Positions 9,244-19,613 of a stretch of 64,000 nt of DNA are shown here, piece after piece. A model generated the notes under the pieces. That model was given only the letters and a program-made list of their open reading frames with translations. It did not search any database and was not told where the DNA came from. The translations under genes were made by a program, and so were the position numbers. Source of the DNA: Bacteroidales bacterium (GTDB lineage: Bacteria; Bacteroidota; Bacteroidia; Bacteroidales; TTA-H9); assembly GCA_049969475.1 (NCBI GenBank), contig JBMFOU010000005.1, forward strand, positions 2,034 to 66,033, given 5' to 3'. The first letter of the stretch is position 1, and the number at the start of each line of letters is the position of its first letter.

Positions 9244-10763
9244 AACCCCCGGTCATAAAAGACACCGGTAGTGTGATTTTGCAAAAACCCCTAGTTATAA
9301 CAGGCATTTTTGCACTCTCGGTGGTTTTTGCCTATCTCATTGGCACTTATGGAATAGCATTGGGAGGCATGCTCATAAGTGCTATTATTTTTATAGTCTA
9401 CTTCACCATTCAGGTTAAATACCCTCAGCTGGGTTTATACACGGCAATCGCAGTTGGATTTGTGTTGCTGGGAAGCACACGCTATTTTAAAACAGATTTA
9501 CCCATAGGTATGCTGATGGATGCATTGCTGGTGCTTACATTTCTGGCTTTGTTCTTTCATCATTTTCCTCGTCGAATCGATTGGAGCCCGGCCCGCAACC
9601 TTGCCACACTTCTTGCCTTCATTTGGCTAATGTACTGCCTATTGCAAATTGCCAACCCAGAAGCCCGAAGTACAGCTGCATGGTTTTCGGCAGTAAGACC
9701 CCTGGCTTTTTATCATTTTTTCTTTGTTGTACTGGCATTAATGTTTCTAACAACTCCTCAGAGAATCAGGATGATTTTTATTGTTTGGGGAATTTTCTCA
9801 ATTCTTGGTACCCTAAAGGGAGCCATGCAGTTGTGGATAGGCGTTGACCCTTATGAAAAGGCCTGGCTCGATGGAGGAGGGGCTATTACACACGTTCTCT
9901 TTGGCCGTCTCAGGGTATTTTCGTTTTATAGCGATGCAGGGCAGTTTGGTGCCAATCAAGCATATACTGGGGCGGTTTTCACCATGATTGCCCTGGCTGC
10001 TAAAAATAAAAAGGATAAAATATTCTTCTGGATAGTAGCTCTGGCCGGATTTTACGGAATGTTCATCTCGGGTACCCGTGGTTCATTGTTTGTGCCTTTT
10101 GCAGCTTTCGCCCTTTATTTCTTTCAAAGAAAGAATATTTATGTATTGACCAGTGGAATGTTTTTCGTAGTGTTGATTTTCATTTTCTTTAAATATACTA
10201 CGATTGGTCAGGGAAATTATCAAATAAACCGTATGCGCACGGCTTTTAATCCCGATGATCCCTCCCTTCAGGTACGTTTGGAGAATCAACGTAAGCTTAA
10301 AGTTTACATGGCTACACGTCCTTTTGGCGGGGGCTTAGGACATGGTGGGGTGAAAGCACAAAAATATACACCCAATGCGTTTTTGGCCAATGTTCCTACC
10401 GATAGTTGGTATGTTCTCATTTGGGTAGAAACGGGCATTATTGGTTTGATCTTGCATCTTGCCATTCAATTCATTACGCTGGGGTTGGCTAGTTATTATC
10501 TTATGTTCAGGCTTCGCGATCCCATTCTCATTTCACAAATGAGCGCCCTTTCATCAGGAATGCTGGGTATTATGTTAGCATCCTATGGAAACGCCATCAT
10601 AGGTCAGTTACCCACTTCCCCGCTGATTTACACTTCCATGGGCTTGTTGCTAAATTCTCTTACAGTTGATAAATATATCCGAATTAAATTAAGAAAGAAA
10701 AACCTGAGCGATCGGTATAAAAATCGCATGCACAAGTGCAAGCGATTAAGTAAGGCTGCCTAA
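9240..10763 (+). CDS. O-antigen ligase/polymerase family membrane protein (Wzy-like)
   Basis: 507 aa polytopic protein with a Wzy_C-like block (FISGTRGSLFVPFAAFALYFF). ATGA start/stop overlap with the flippase gene. Confidence 0.72.
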   Translation: MKPPVIKDTGSVILQKPLVITGIFALSVVFAYLIGTYGIALGGMLISAIIFIVYFTIQVKYPQLGLYTAIAVGFVLLGSTRYFKTDLPIGMLMDALLVLTFLALFFHHFPRRIDWSPARNLATLLAFIWLMYCLLQIANPEARSTAAWFSAVRPLAFYHFFFVVLALMFLTTPQRIRMIFIVWGIFSILGTLKGAMQLWIGVDPYEKAWLDGGGAITHVLFGRLRVFSFYSDAGQFGANQAYTGAVFTMIALAAKNKKDKIFFWIVALAGFYGMFISGTRGSLFVPFAAFALYFFQRKNIYVLTSGMFFVVLIFIFFKYTTIGQGNYQINRMRTAFNPDDPSLQVRLENQRKLKVYMATRPFGGGLGHGGVKAQKYTPNAFLANVPTDSWYVLIWVETGIIGLILHLAIQFITLGLASYYLMFRLRDPILISQMSALSSGMLGIMLASYGNAIIGQLPTSPLIYTSMGLLLNSLTVDKYIRIKLRKKNLSDRYKNRMHKCKRLSKAA

Positions 10764-10815
10764 AGAGATTAGTTTTTTACAAGATTTATTGCTAATTTAG
10801 CTCAAATTTATATTT

Positions 10816-11742
10816 ATGGAAAGTCAATCATCATTCCCGTTGGTTTCCATCATATCTATTAATTATGACCATCCTGAGGTAACCTGCCAGATGCTTGATT
10901 CTCTGCGTAAGATTACCTATCCCAATATTGAAGTTATTGTAGTTGACAATGCATCGCCTAATGATGATCCTTCCATAATTCCTGCGCAATTTCCTGAGGT
11001 GAAATTCATACAATTGGATAAAAATCTTGGATTTGCCGGGGGCAATAACGTAGCCATCCGGCAAGCCAAAGGAAAATACATCCTGCTTCTTAATAACGAC
11101 ACAGAGGTTACACCAGATTTTTTGGAACCCTTAGTGTCTAAATTGGAAAGTAACCCAGAGATTGGCGTGGTAAGCCCTAAAATTAAATTTTATCATACGC
11201 CTGATACACTGCAATTTACTATTATCACTCCTATCAATAAACTCACCGGGCGTAGCACGGGATTGGGATTTGGTGTAAAAGACGAAGGCCAATGGGAGTT
11301 TGATGCAGAAACTGCATACGCACACGGTGCGGCGATGATGATACCGAGGCATGTCATCGAAAAAGTAGGCTTGATGGCCGAGATCTACTTTCTCTATTAC
11401 GAAGAACTCGACTGGTGCTATCGCATAAGGCAAGCTGGATATAAAATATTTTATGTGCATAACTCTCTGATTTATCATAAAGAGTCTATTTCAACAGGTA
11501 GGATGAGCCCTACCAAGATTTATTGGATGAATAGGGCCCGCCTGCTCTACATTCGTCGCAACGTCAGGCAACCCATTCTTACCCTCTCTCTTCTGTATCA
11601 ATTCGTAATAGCTATTCCCAAAAATGCCCTAATGTATTTGCTGAAAGGTCGTATAGATTTATTTAACGCCTATCATAAAGCCGTGATGTGGCATTTTAAA
11701 AATTGGAACAACCCTCAAATATTTGATAATCCCAAACTATGA
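10816..11742 (+). CDS. family 2 glycosyltransferase
   Basis: 308 aa. VSIISINYD..., VVDNAS, NLGFAGGNN, LLLNNDT (DxD region), and YYEELDWCYR typical of rhamnosyl-type GT2 enzymes. Confidence 0.9.
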   Translation: MESQSSFPLVSIISINYDHPEVTCQMLDSLRKITYPNIEVIVVDNASPNDDPSIIPAQFPEVKFIQLDKNLGFAGGNNVAIRQAKGKYILLLNNDTEVTPDFLEPLVSKLESNPEIGVVSPKIKFYHTPDTLQFTIITPINKLTGRSTGLGFGVKDEGQWEFDAETAYAHGAAMMIPRHVIEKVGLMAEIYFLYYEELDWCYRIRQAGYKIFYVHNSLIYHKESISTGRMSPTKIYWMNRARLLYIRRNVRQPILTLSLLYQFVIAIPKNALMYLLKGRIDLFNAYHKAVMWHFKNWNNPQIFDNPKL

Positions 11743-12509
11743 GAAAATTGCATTTTAACAACGTTACCGATTACAGGCAAGCAGAAGACCTCAAACGGCT
11801 GGGGTATATTCTGGATCAGATAGCAACGCTAGGCCGCAAGCCTCTAAACATTCTGGAAATTGGTTGTGGCAACGGAAATATATGCTATCAGTTAGCTTAC
11901 GAAGGTCATAAAGTAAAAGGTATCGATCATGACGAGGATTCTATTGCCTATGGGAAAAGTCATTTTCAACACGATAATCTGGTATTCGAGGTCAAAGCCG
12001 CTGAAGATGTGGTGAATGGAAATGCCTATGAGGTAATTATTTGCAGCGAAGTGCTTGAGCATCTTTACCATCCAGAAGAGGTTATGAAAACCATTCCTCA
12101 CTTATTGGCAAACGAGGGTGTAGTTATTATAACAACTCCCAATGGAGTAGGCCCCAGAGAGCTATTCATTACCCGGCCAGTGCAATGGATTAAACATAAC
12201 AGCCGACTGCTCTATGCTCTATTAAAATTCGTCAAACGCCTGATGGGATACACTGGGGCTACAATTCAATCGAGCAGTTACTCGCTAGAACACGTTCAAT
12301 TTTTCAAACTGAAGGATCTCAAAAAAATGGCTCAAGCCAGCGGTTTACGTATCGTTGACATGAAACCCGCTTGTTTTCTCGAAAAAGTATTTCCTTTTAG
12401 TCTCATAACCCGCTTTTTCGTCTCCTTGCAGTGGTTCGACTGTAGGATTGCAAACGCTTTGCCTATTACGATAAGTAGCGGGTTTATGCTCACTTTAAAA
12501 AAGAGTTGA
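11739..12509 (+). CDS. class I SAM-dependent methyltransferase
   Basis: 256 aa. Motif I ILEIGCGNGN and post-I/II motifs (ICSEVLEHL). ATGA overlap with the upstream GT2 gene. Confidence 0.85.
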   Translation: MRKLHFNNVTDYRQAEDLKRLGYILDQIATLGRKPLNILEIGCGNGNICYQLAYEGHKVKGIDHDEDSIAYGKSHFQHDNLVFEVKAAEDVVNGNAYEVIICSEVLEHLYHPEEVMKTIPHLLANEGVVIITTPNGVGPRELFITRPVQWIKHNSRLLYALLKFVKRLMGYTGATIQSSSYSLEHVQFFKLKDLKKMAQASGLRIVDMKPACFLEKVFPFSLITRFFVSLQWFDCRIANALPITISSGFMLTLKKS

Positions 12510-12521
12510 AAACCCTCCCAA

Positions 12522-13445
12522 ATGGGGAAAAAAAACTGGCCACTTGTCTCAATTGTAACCGTCAATTACAATCAGACCGACACCACGCTCGAGCTGATTG
12601 AATCCCTGATTAAAATTACCTATCCCAACATCGAATTGCTGGTGGTTGACAACGATTCACCGGAAGCCGATGCTATGCGTATCCGACAAAAGTACCCCAG
12701 GGTTATTTTAGTGCAAAGCCCCATAAATTATGGTTTTGCTGCGGGTAACAACCTGGGCATTATGCGGGCCCGGGGAAAGTATGTAATGATTTTGAACAAT
12801 GATGTAATAGTAACACCAGGTTTTCTTGAACCGCTGGTTGAACTATGTGAATCAAATGCACACATCGGAGCCATCAGCCCCAAAATTCGATTTTACTACG
12901 AACCACAGGTAATTCAATATGCCGGTTTCACTTCCATACATCCCATTACAATGAGAAATAAGGCTTTGGGGTGGAAGGAAAAAGACCGCGGACAATACGA
13001 CTCTGAGGGTACGACTGGATTTTGCCATGGTGCGGCCATGCTGGTTCCCATGGATGTGATTCGCAAGGTAGGCATGATGTCGTATATTTATTTTCTGTAT
13101 TATGAAGAAGCCGATTGGTGCGAGCGCATTAAAAGGGCTGGTTATGAGCTTTGGTACACACACCGTTCCATGGTTTACCATAAAGAGAGTATATCGACGG
13201 GTAAAGATAGCCCTCTAAAAGCTTATTATCTTACCAGAAACCGTATTATATTTTTAAGAAGAAATGCAAAGGGAAAAAATCTATGGTTAGGCGTTCTATA
13301 CCAGGTGTTGGTTGCTGTTCCTCGCAATGCATTGAAATACTTGATAAAAGGCAATTTCAACTATGTTTCAGCTTTTGTAAGGGGTGTTATGTGGCATTTT
13401 TTTCACCTAAAAGACCCCTCCATTTTTGAAAATCCAACTTTATAA
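12522..13445 (+). CDS. family 2 glycosyltransferase (paralog of 10816-11742)
   Basis: 307 aa, colinear with the 10816 product and roughly half the residues identical by eye (VSIVTVNYN, VVDNDS, NYGFAAGNN, ILNNDV, YYEEADWCER). Confidence 0.9.
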   Translation: MGKKNWPLVSIVTVNYNQTDTTLELIESLIKITYPNIELLVVDNDSPEADAMRIRQKYPRVILVQSPINYGFAAGNNLGIMRARGKYVMILNNDVIVTPGFLEPLVELCESNAHIGAISPKIRFYYEPQVIQYAGFTSIHPITMRNKALGWKEKDRGQYDSEGTTGFCHGAAMLVPMDVIRKVGMMSYIYFLYYEEADWCERIKRAGYELWYTHRSMVYHKESISTGKDSPLKAYYLTRNRIIFLRRNAKGKNLWLGVLYQVLVAVPRNALKYLIKGNFNYVSAFVRGVMWHFFHLKDPSIFENPTL

Positions 13446-13492
13446 TTTGTAATTTTAAAGGAAAAACCAGAATCCCTCCAAATTTTTCTTCC

Positions 13493-14698
13493 ATGGATGT
13501 ACTTACATTAATAATCAATATCTTGCAAACCGCCTTGTGGATTTACCTGGCCGTCATCGGGCTTTATTTGTTGCTATTTGCTCTATCCAGTCTTCTGCCT
13601 CACAAAAATGACTATCACGGCGATGATACACCCAAAAGAATAGCAGTGCTTATTCCTGGCTATAAAGAAGACAATATCATTGTAGAGATAGCACGACTGG
13701 CTTTGCAACAGAATTATCCCAAGGACAAGTACGACGTGGTAATCATTGCCGACTCGTTTAAACCAGAAACACTTGAGGCTTTGCGCAAACTGCCGATTAA
13801 AGTTATTGAGGTAAGTTTTGAAATTAGTACCAAGGCCAAGGCCCTTACAGAAGCAGTCAAGCAATTGCCCGACACCTATGACCTTTGCATAATACTGGAT
13901 GCAGATAATGTGATGGAGCCTGAATTTTTACAAAAAATTAGTAAGGCGTGGAAGCCTGGTATGCTTGCCATACAAGGACATCGGATTGCCAAAAATATGA
14001 ACACTCCGTTTGCTATTCTTGATGCTATCAGCGAAGAAATTAACAACCAAGTATTTCGCAAAGGCCATCGTCGGTTAGGCCTTTCGGCTGCTATTATTGG
14101 CAGCGGGGTGGCGTTCGACTATAAATATTTCAGGGATTTAATTCCCCAAGTTACGGCCGTGGGCGGCTTCGACAAAGAAATAGAGCTGAAAATGCTGCGC
14201 GACAGGCAAGTAATTTATTACCTTCACGATGCCTATGTGTATGATGAAAAGGTACAGAAGCCAGAAACCTTCCAGAATCAGCGACGCAGATGGTTGTCGG
14301 CTCAGCTTCATTACCTGAGAAAATACTTTCTACACTCTCTGGGTTACCTAATTTTTAAAGGGAATATAGAATATTTTAACAAAGCTTTTCAATTTCTCCA
14401 ATTACCACGAGTACTCTTATTAGGGATAGTGGTTACTTTATTCCCTTTAATTATTGTTCTCAATTTCGCAATCAACCAGCCTTTGTGGGTCAATCGTTGG
14501 ATTACTCTGGCCTTGATTATTATCTTTGCTATTTGGATTAGTGTTCCACGCAAATTTTACAACCGCAATCTATGGATTGCCCTCACCCACCTTCCCAAGG
14601 GTATTTTCATGATGTTCCTCAGTCTCATGAAGACTAAAGGAGCCAACAAGCGATTTATTCACACCGTCCACGAAACCACACATACCGAAATCCATTAA
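13493..14698 (+). CDS. membrane-embedded GT2, synthase-like (Q-x-x-R-W motif)
   Basis: 401 aa. N-terminal TM, GT-A core (VLIPGYKED, ILDADN), QNQRRRW motif, then about 4 C-terminal TM helices. Confidence 0.85.
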   Translation: MDVLTLIINILQTALWIYLAVIGLYLLLFALSSLLPHKNDYHGDDTPKRIAVLIPGYKEDNIIVEIARLALQQNYPKDKYDVVIIADSFKPETLEALRKLPIKVIEVSFEISTKAKALTEAVKQLPDTYDLCIILDADNVMEPEFLQKISKAWKPGMLAIQGHRIAKNMNTPFAILDAISEEINNQVFRKGHRRLGLSAAIIGSGVAFDYKYFRDLIPQVTAVGGFDKEIELKMLRDRQVIYYLHDAYVYDEKVQKPETFQNQRRRWLSAQLHYLRKYFLHSLGYLIFKGNIEYFNKAFQFLQLPRVLLLGIVVTLFPLIIVLNFAINQPLWVNRWITLALIIIFAIWISVPRKFYNRNLWIALTHLPKGIFMMFLSLMKTKGANKRFIHTVHETTHTEIH

Positions 14699-14712
14699 AA
14701 AATTCAACGACT

Positions 14713-16560
14713 ATGATCAGATTCATTGGATGCCTCGATCCCAAATGCAATATTTCCAACTGCGTGGGTCAACTTCCTATCATCATGACTTCTCATGGCC
14801 CAATAGCTCTCGACCAGGGACTACATTTCTGTGATTGCGATGAATACAACATCGTATGTTTTGGTGAGATATACAATTTAGATGACTTGCGAAAGCAATT
14901 CAACATTGCATCTGATCATCGCTGCAAAGTCATTCACGATCTTTTTGTAATTAAGGGAGATGATTGGATAAAACTTATCGACGGAGAATTTACCGTATTG
15001 ATGTACAATCAAGAAGAGATGTACATTTATCGTGACCGACATGGAGCCGGCCCTCAGGTGTATTATACCGGTACCCACTTTGCCAGTCATCCCGTTTTGC
15101 TGCGCAAAATCTCAGGATTTGAGGCCAAACCAAACCCTAATACTATTGCAACTTTTTTAGGCATCGGCTACATACCAGCACCTGAAACGGCCCTGGAAGG
15201 TGTAAAAAAAATACCTGCCGGTCACCTACTTTATCAGAAAAAAAATGAACAAAATCTCCGGCGCTTATATAGGTTCGAAGAGTTTTTATCTTCGACAGGC
15301 ACTTATAAAGGCACAATTGAAGAGGGAACAGAGCAATACAGGCAGCTGCATCAGCAGGTGATAAACGATAGGCTTGGGCAGGTTCAGAAAGTAGGTTTGC
15401 TTTTGAGCGGTGGCTACGACTCTGGTGGAAATATTTATTCGCTGCGACAAATATACTCCGGGCCAGCCGAAGCCATTTCCATTGGATTTAAAGACAATCC
15501 ATGGACAGAAATTCCCCTGGCTAAACTCATGGCCGATGAATTTAAAACTACCTTTCACAGCTATGAAATTGACGGCAGTGAAATAAAAGAACTACCATTG
15601 GCAGTCAAGCAATTAGGTGATCCTTTCCAGGAAGGTGGACTGATGGTGAACTTTATAGCCATGAAAACTGCCGCAGCTCTTGGATTCGACATCATATTGG
15701 GAGGAGATGGAAACGATCAGCACTTTGGTACTTCAGCCAAAGAATTGGGCCTCAATTGGCGAATCCGGAAAATGGGCTTACAATGGGCTCAGCAACTCTT
15801 CAGCCGCTTGGGAAAATGGAGCTTGTTCGACACGAGTCCTACCCTTTTCAGACTGCGTTTCCACAACGATAAGATTTTACACATCATCGAAAGCGATTGT
15901 TTTGGATTTCCGCTTCATCAGGCTCGTAAAATCATACCTTCCACTCAGTTAGCAGGTTATGAATATTCCAAAGTCTTTCCCAAAGATTTCGAAAGTTTCG
16001 ACCATTTTTATTTTGCAAGAAACTACCTAATTGATATAGAACAAGTTGTTAATGAGGTAATCCTTTTTAAAGCTAGCCGAATGGCTGAACTTTTTGGAAA
16101 CAAAATAACATTCCCCTACATGGCCACGCCTGTCTTCAATTTCTTAAAAACCCTTCCTAGATCTATGAAATGCAAAGGAACACCCGAAGAAATTTCGAAA
16201 GGGAAAGGTGTAGCCAAGTTTCTCCACAAAAACTATCTTAAGCCCGTGTTACCTGCTGAAATTACCTCACGGAAAAAGCAAGGTGGTTTTGCCCCTCTAC
16301 CCTTGTTTTTCAAAGATCCAACCCAGCGACAGCTCATCCAGGCTGTAATTCGCAAATCGGGCTTTTACCGGCAATTTGCGGATAAGCGTCTTATTGAAGC
16401 CTTTTTCAGAGAATATGAAGCCAAAGCACTTAACGAGCATGCCTGGTTCTGGTATCGTCAGTTGAGTGCCTTTAAATACTTCAACCTCTTGGTAATTGCC
16501 CTTTGGTGGGACATTCATATTGATGGAATGGAGGGAAATTTACTGACAGATTTCACCTAA
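14713..16560 (+). CDS. asparagine synthetase B-like amidotransferase/adenylating enzyme without the N-terminal Cys nucleophile
   Basis: 615 aa. PP-loop LLLSGGYDSGG and an AsnB-type C-terminal domain. The N-terminus is MIRFIGC rather than MCG. Confidence 0.8.
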   Translation: MIRFIGCLDPKCNISNCVGQLPIIMTSHGPIALDQGLHFCDCDEYNIVCFGEIYNLDDLRKQFNIASDHRCKVIHDLFVIKGDDWIKLIDGEFTVLMYNQEEMYIYRDRHGAGPQVYYTGTHFASHPVLLRKISGFEAKPNPNTIATFLGIGYIPAPETALEGVKKIPAGHLLYQKKNEQNLRRLYRFEEFLSSTGTYKGTIEEGTEQYRQLHQQVINDRLGQVQKVGLLLSGGYDSGGNIYSLRQIYSGPAEAISIGFKDNPWTEIPLAKLMADEFKTTFHSYEIDGSEIKELPLAVKQLGDPFQEGGLMVNFIAMKTAAALGFDIILGGDGNDQHFGTSAKELGLNWRIRKMGLQWAQQLFSRLGKWSLFDTSPTLFRLRFHNDKILHIIESDCFGFPLHQARKIIPSTQLAGYEYSKVFPKDFESFDHFYFARNYLIDIEQVVNEVILFKASRMAELFGNKITFPYMATPVFNFLKTLPRSMKCKGTPEEISKGKGVAKFLHKNYLKPVLPAEITSRKKQGGFAPLPLFFKDPTQRQLIQAVIRKSGFYRQFADKRLIEAFFREYEAKALNEHAWFWYRQLSAFKYFNLLVIALWWDIHIDGMEGNLLTDFT

Positions 16561-16572
16561 ACAGACACATGT

Positions 16573-17721
16573 ATGCGCATTGGTATAGAAGGGCAACGAC
16601 TCTTTCGTAAGAAGAAACACGGAATGGATATGGTTGCGCTGGAGTTGATACACAACCTCCAGAAAATAGACCGAGAGAATGAATATTTCATTTATGTGGC
16701 TCCTGATGAAGACACGGGTTGCCTCCAGGATACCTCCAACTTCCACATTCGGGTGCTCAAAGGGGGCTTTTATCCGAAATGGGAACAAATTGCGCTTCCC
16801 AAAGCCGCACGGGCTGACGGTGTGGAACTCCTGCATTGCACCAGCAACACTGCACCATTAAGGACCTCCATCCCACTGGTGGTTACAGTGCACGACATCA
16901 TTTACATGGAAAAATCTATCTTTCAGATACTTACGGGGAGAGGAACTCCTTACCAAAAATTTGGTAATGTCTATCGCCGCTTTGTAGTACCGCGCATCAT
17001 CCAGAAAAGTCAAATCATCATTACAGTTTCTCAATTCGAAAAGAAACGCATGGCTGAGTTTTTCGGGATGGACGACCACAAACTCCGGGCTGTTTACAAC
17101 GGTGTGAGTTCTCATTTCAAACCGGTTATCGATGAAAAGGTTCGCCAGCAGGCACGGGAAAAATATCATTTGCCCGAGAAATTCTTTTTCCACTTAGGTA
17201 ATACTGACCCAAAGAAAAATACTTTAGGGGTCATTAAGGCTTACGCAAGGTTTAGAGAGAGAACCGGCCTCGACATTCCGCTGGTCATGCTAGATTTCGA
17301 CCATGATGAGTTGCTGGCTATGGCGAAAGCCAGCGGTGATGTCCATATCATTGATCATATTCATCTTACGGGTTATGTGCCCAATAAGGAACTTCCTGCT
17401 ATTTATTCCATGTGCGAAATATTCCTCTATCCTTCACTGCGGGAAAGTTTTGGCATACCTATTTTAGAAGCCATGGCCTGCGGGGTACCTGTAATCACTT
17501 CAAACACCAGCAGTATGCCAGAGGTTTCTGGGGGAGCCGCGTTACTCGTAGACCCTTTCAAGCCTGATACCATTACCGAAGCAATGATTAATCTTCTCAA
17601 CAATCCAGTCTTACGTAACGACCTCATTCAAAGAGGATTTACTCAGGCTGCCCGGTTTACCTGGGAAGCTATGGCACAGCAAGTGCTAACCATTTACAAG
17701 GAAGTCGCTTCAATAAACTAA
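16573..17721 (+). CDS. GT4 (group 1) glycosyltransferase
   Basis: 382 aa. C-terminal E-x7-E region: RESFGIPILEAMACGVPVITSNTSSMPEV. Confidence 0.9.
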   Translation: MRIGIEGQRLFRKKKHGMDMVALELIHNLQKIDRENEYFIYVAPDEDTGCLQDTSNFHIRVLKGGFYPKWEQIALPKAARADGVELLHCTSNTAPLRTSIPLVVTVHDIIYMEKSIFQILTGRGTPYQKFGNVYRRFVVPRIIQKSQIIITVSQFEKKRMAEFFGMDDHKLRAVYNGVSSHFKPVIDEKVRQQAREKYHLPEKFFFHLGNTDPKKNTLGVIKAYARFRERTGLDIPLVMLDFDHDELLAMAKASGDVHIIDHIHLTGYVPNKELPAIYSMCEIFLYPSLRESFGIPILEAMACGVPVITSNTSSMPEVSGGAALLVDPFKPDTITEAMINLLNNPVLRNDLIQRGFTQAARFTWEAMAQQVLTIYKEVASIN

Positions 17722-17739
17722 AATATTCCTTATTCATCT

Positions 17740-18960
17740 ATGGCTAAGATTGAGGGAAAAAACATTATAGTAGTTGGCATTCAACCCTGGGACATCAAAA
17801 TAGGCAGCAATTGCAAAAATATAGCCCGGGAGTTTGCCCGGCACAACCGTGTGCTGTATGTAAACTTTCCACTCGACAGAGCTACGCTTTTTAAAGAAAG
17901 ACAAACAGAAAAGATTCAGAAACGCCTGGCCGCCCGTCGGGGCAAAATCCCCAGATTGGAGAAGGAGGAAGAAAACTTATGGGTTTATTATCCACCCACC
18001 ATCATAGAGTCGCTTAACTGGTTACCCTGGCCCTGGCTTTTCGACATACTCAATAAGCGCAATAGTCGACTTTTCGCTAAAGACATTAAAGCAGCCCTTA
18101 AAGAACTGGAATTTAATAACTATATAATATTCAATGATTCTTCAATGTTTTTGGGGCTTTATTTGAAGGAATATCTGCAGCCCAAGTTTTACATTTACTA
18201 CATGCGCGACTACCTGGTAAAAAATCCCTATTGGCGTAAACATGGTCTGAGGAACGAACCCCTGCTTATTGCCAAAGCCGATTTGGTAGTTTGCAATTCT
18301 ACGCTTTACGCAGAATATGGTGCCCAATATAACAAACATAGCTACATGGTGGGGCAGGGCTGTGACACAACTCTTTTTAACGATGATATTCAACCTATTG
18401 AAATTGCTGAAGAGCTCACAAAAATTCCTCGGCCCATCATAGGGTATGTGGGGGCTTTGGCTTCCAGACGGCTCGATATAGCCCTGATAGAGTATATAGC
18501 ACGGCAGCGCCCGCAGTGGAGCATCGTTTTGGTTGGTCCTGAGGATGACAATTTTAAAAACTCGGCTCTTCATAACCTTCCCAATGTGTACTTTTTGGGT
18601 CCCAAGCCGGAGCATATTCTCCCTACCTATATCAAAGGATTTGATGTTGCCATGAATCCTCAGCTGGTGAACGATGCTACCATGGGCAACTATCCCCGAA
18701 AAATCGATGAATACCTAGCCATGGGAAAACCCACCATCGCATCAGCTACCAAAGCCATGGAATATTTCGAAGGTTATGCTTACATTGCCCATTCTCACGA
18801 AGAATATATTACACTCATTGAAAAAGCGCTTAAGGAAGATTCTCCAGAGTTGCAGGCTCGTCGGAAAAGCTATGGTCGGAGTCATACATGGGAAAACAAT
18901 GTAGCGCTTATATATCATTACATCGAGCTCGTTTGCAGGGAAAAAGGTATTGAATTATAA
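17740..18960 (+). CDS. glycosyltransferase (GT-B fold, TuaH-like)
   Basis: 406 aa. IGYVGAL...LVGP...LGPKP...NYPRKIDEYLAMGKPTIAS pattern of GT-B enzymes found in polysaccharide loci. Confidence 0.7.
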   Translation: MAKIEGKNIIVVGIQPWDIKIGSNCKNIAREFARHNRVLYVNFPLDRATLFKERQTEKIQKRLAARRGKIPRLEKEEENLWVYYPPTIIESLNWLPWPWLFDILNKRNSRLFAKDIKAALKELEFNNYIIFNDSSMFLGLYLKEYLQPKFYIYYMRDYLVKNPYWRKHGLRNEPLLIAKADLVVCNSTLYAEYGAQYNKHSYMVGQGCDTTLFNDDIQPIEIAEELTKIPRPIIGYVGALASRRLDIALIEYIARQRPQWSIVLVGPEDDNFKNSALHNLPNVYFLGPKPEHILPTYIKGFDVAMNPQLVNDATMGNYPRKIDEYLAMGKPTIASATKAMEYFEGYAYIAHSHEEYITLIEKALKEDSPELQARRKSYGRSHTWENNVALIYHYIELVCREKGIEL

Positions 18961-18972
18961 AAAATTTTGGTT

Positions 18973-19599
18973 ATGAGTTTAAAACAACGTTTAAAATCAG
19001 ACCCCAGGATCAAAAAATTCGTTCTTTGGCTCATTACCCCGGCCAAACGCCCACGTCCCCGTTGGTGGGTCAGAATTTTCGTTAATCCATTTTTTCATAA
19101 AAGAGGAAAGGGTTCACTTATAAGGCGCTATACCCGGATGGATGTATTTCCCTGGAATAGATTTGAACTGGGCCGCGATAGTACCATTGAGAGCTTTTGT
19201 GTAGTAAACAACGGGGCTGGTGACGTAATCATTGGCGACGAATGTCGTGTAGGCATTGGTACGGTTATTATTGGTCCTGTGAAAATGGGCCATGGAAGTG
19301 GAACGGGTCAGCATGTATTCATTGGGGGATTTAACCATGGTTATAAGGATGGAACCCAAAATTCCAAGTATCAACCTCTGGATATTAAACCCGTGGTTAT
19401 TGAAGACGAAGCTCATATCGGGGCTAATTCCGTTGTTCTTGCAGGTGTAACCATAGGAAAACGCACCCAGATAGGAGCCGGAAGCGTGGTTACTAAAAGC
19501 ATTCCGTCCTTTTGCATTGCAGCTGGAAACCCATGCCGGGTTATCAAAAAATATAACTTTGAAACGGGCGAGTGGGAAAGAGTTGATAAAACTAACTAA
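18973..19599 (+). CDS. hexapeptide-repeat (left-handed beta-helix) acyl/acetyltransferase
   Basis: The ORF-track start at 18967 is TTG, so I used the ATG at 18973. Hexapeptide repeats are visible (IGDECRVGIGTVIIGPV, IGANSVVLAGVTIGKRTQIGAGSVV). Confidence 0.85.
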   Translation: MSLKQRLKSDPRIKKFVLWLITPAKRPRPRWWVRIFVNPFFHKRGKGSLIRRYTRMDVFPWNRFELGRDSTIESFCVVNNGAGDVIIGDECRVGIGTVIIGPVKMGHGSGTGQHVFIGGFNHGYKDGTQNSKYQPLDIKPVVIEDEAHIGANSVVLAGVTIGKRTQIGAGSVVTKSIPSFCIAAGNPCRVIKKYNFETGEWERVDKTN

Positions 19600-19613
19600 A
19601 AAAAATTCTGACC

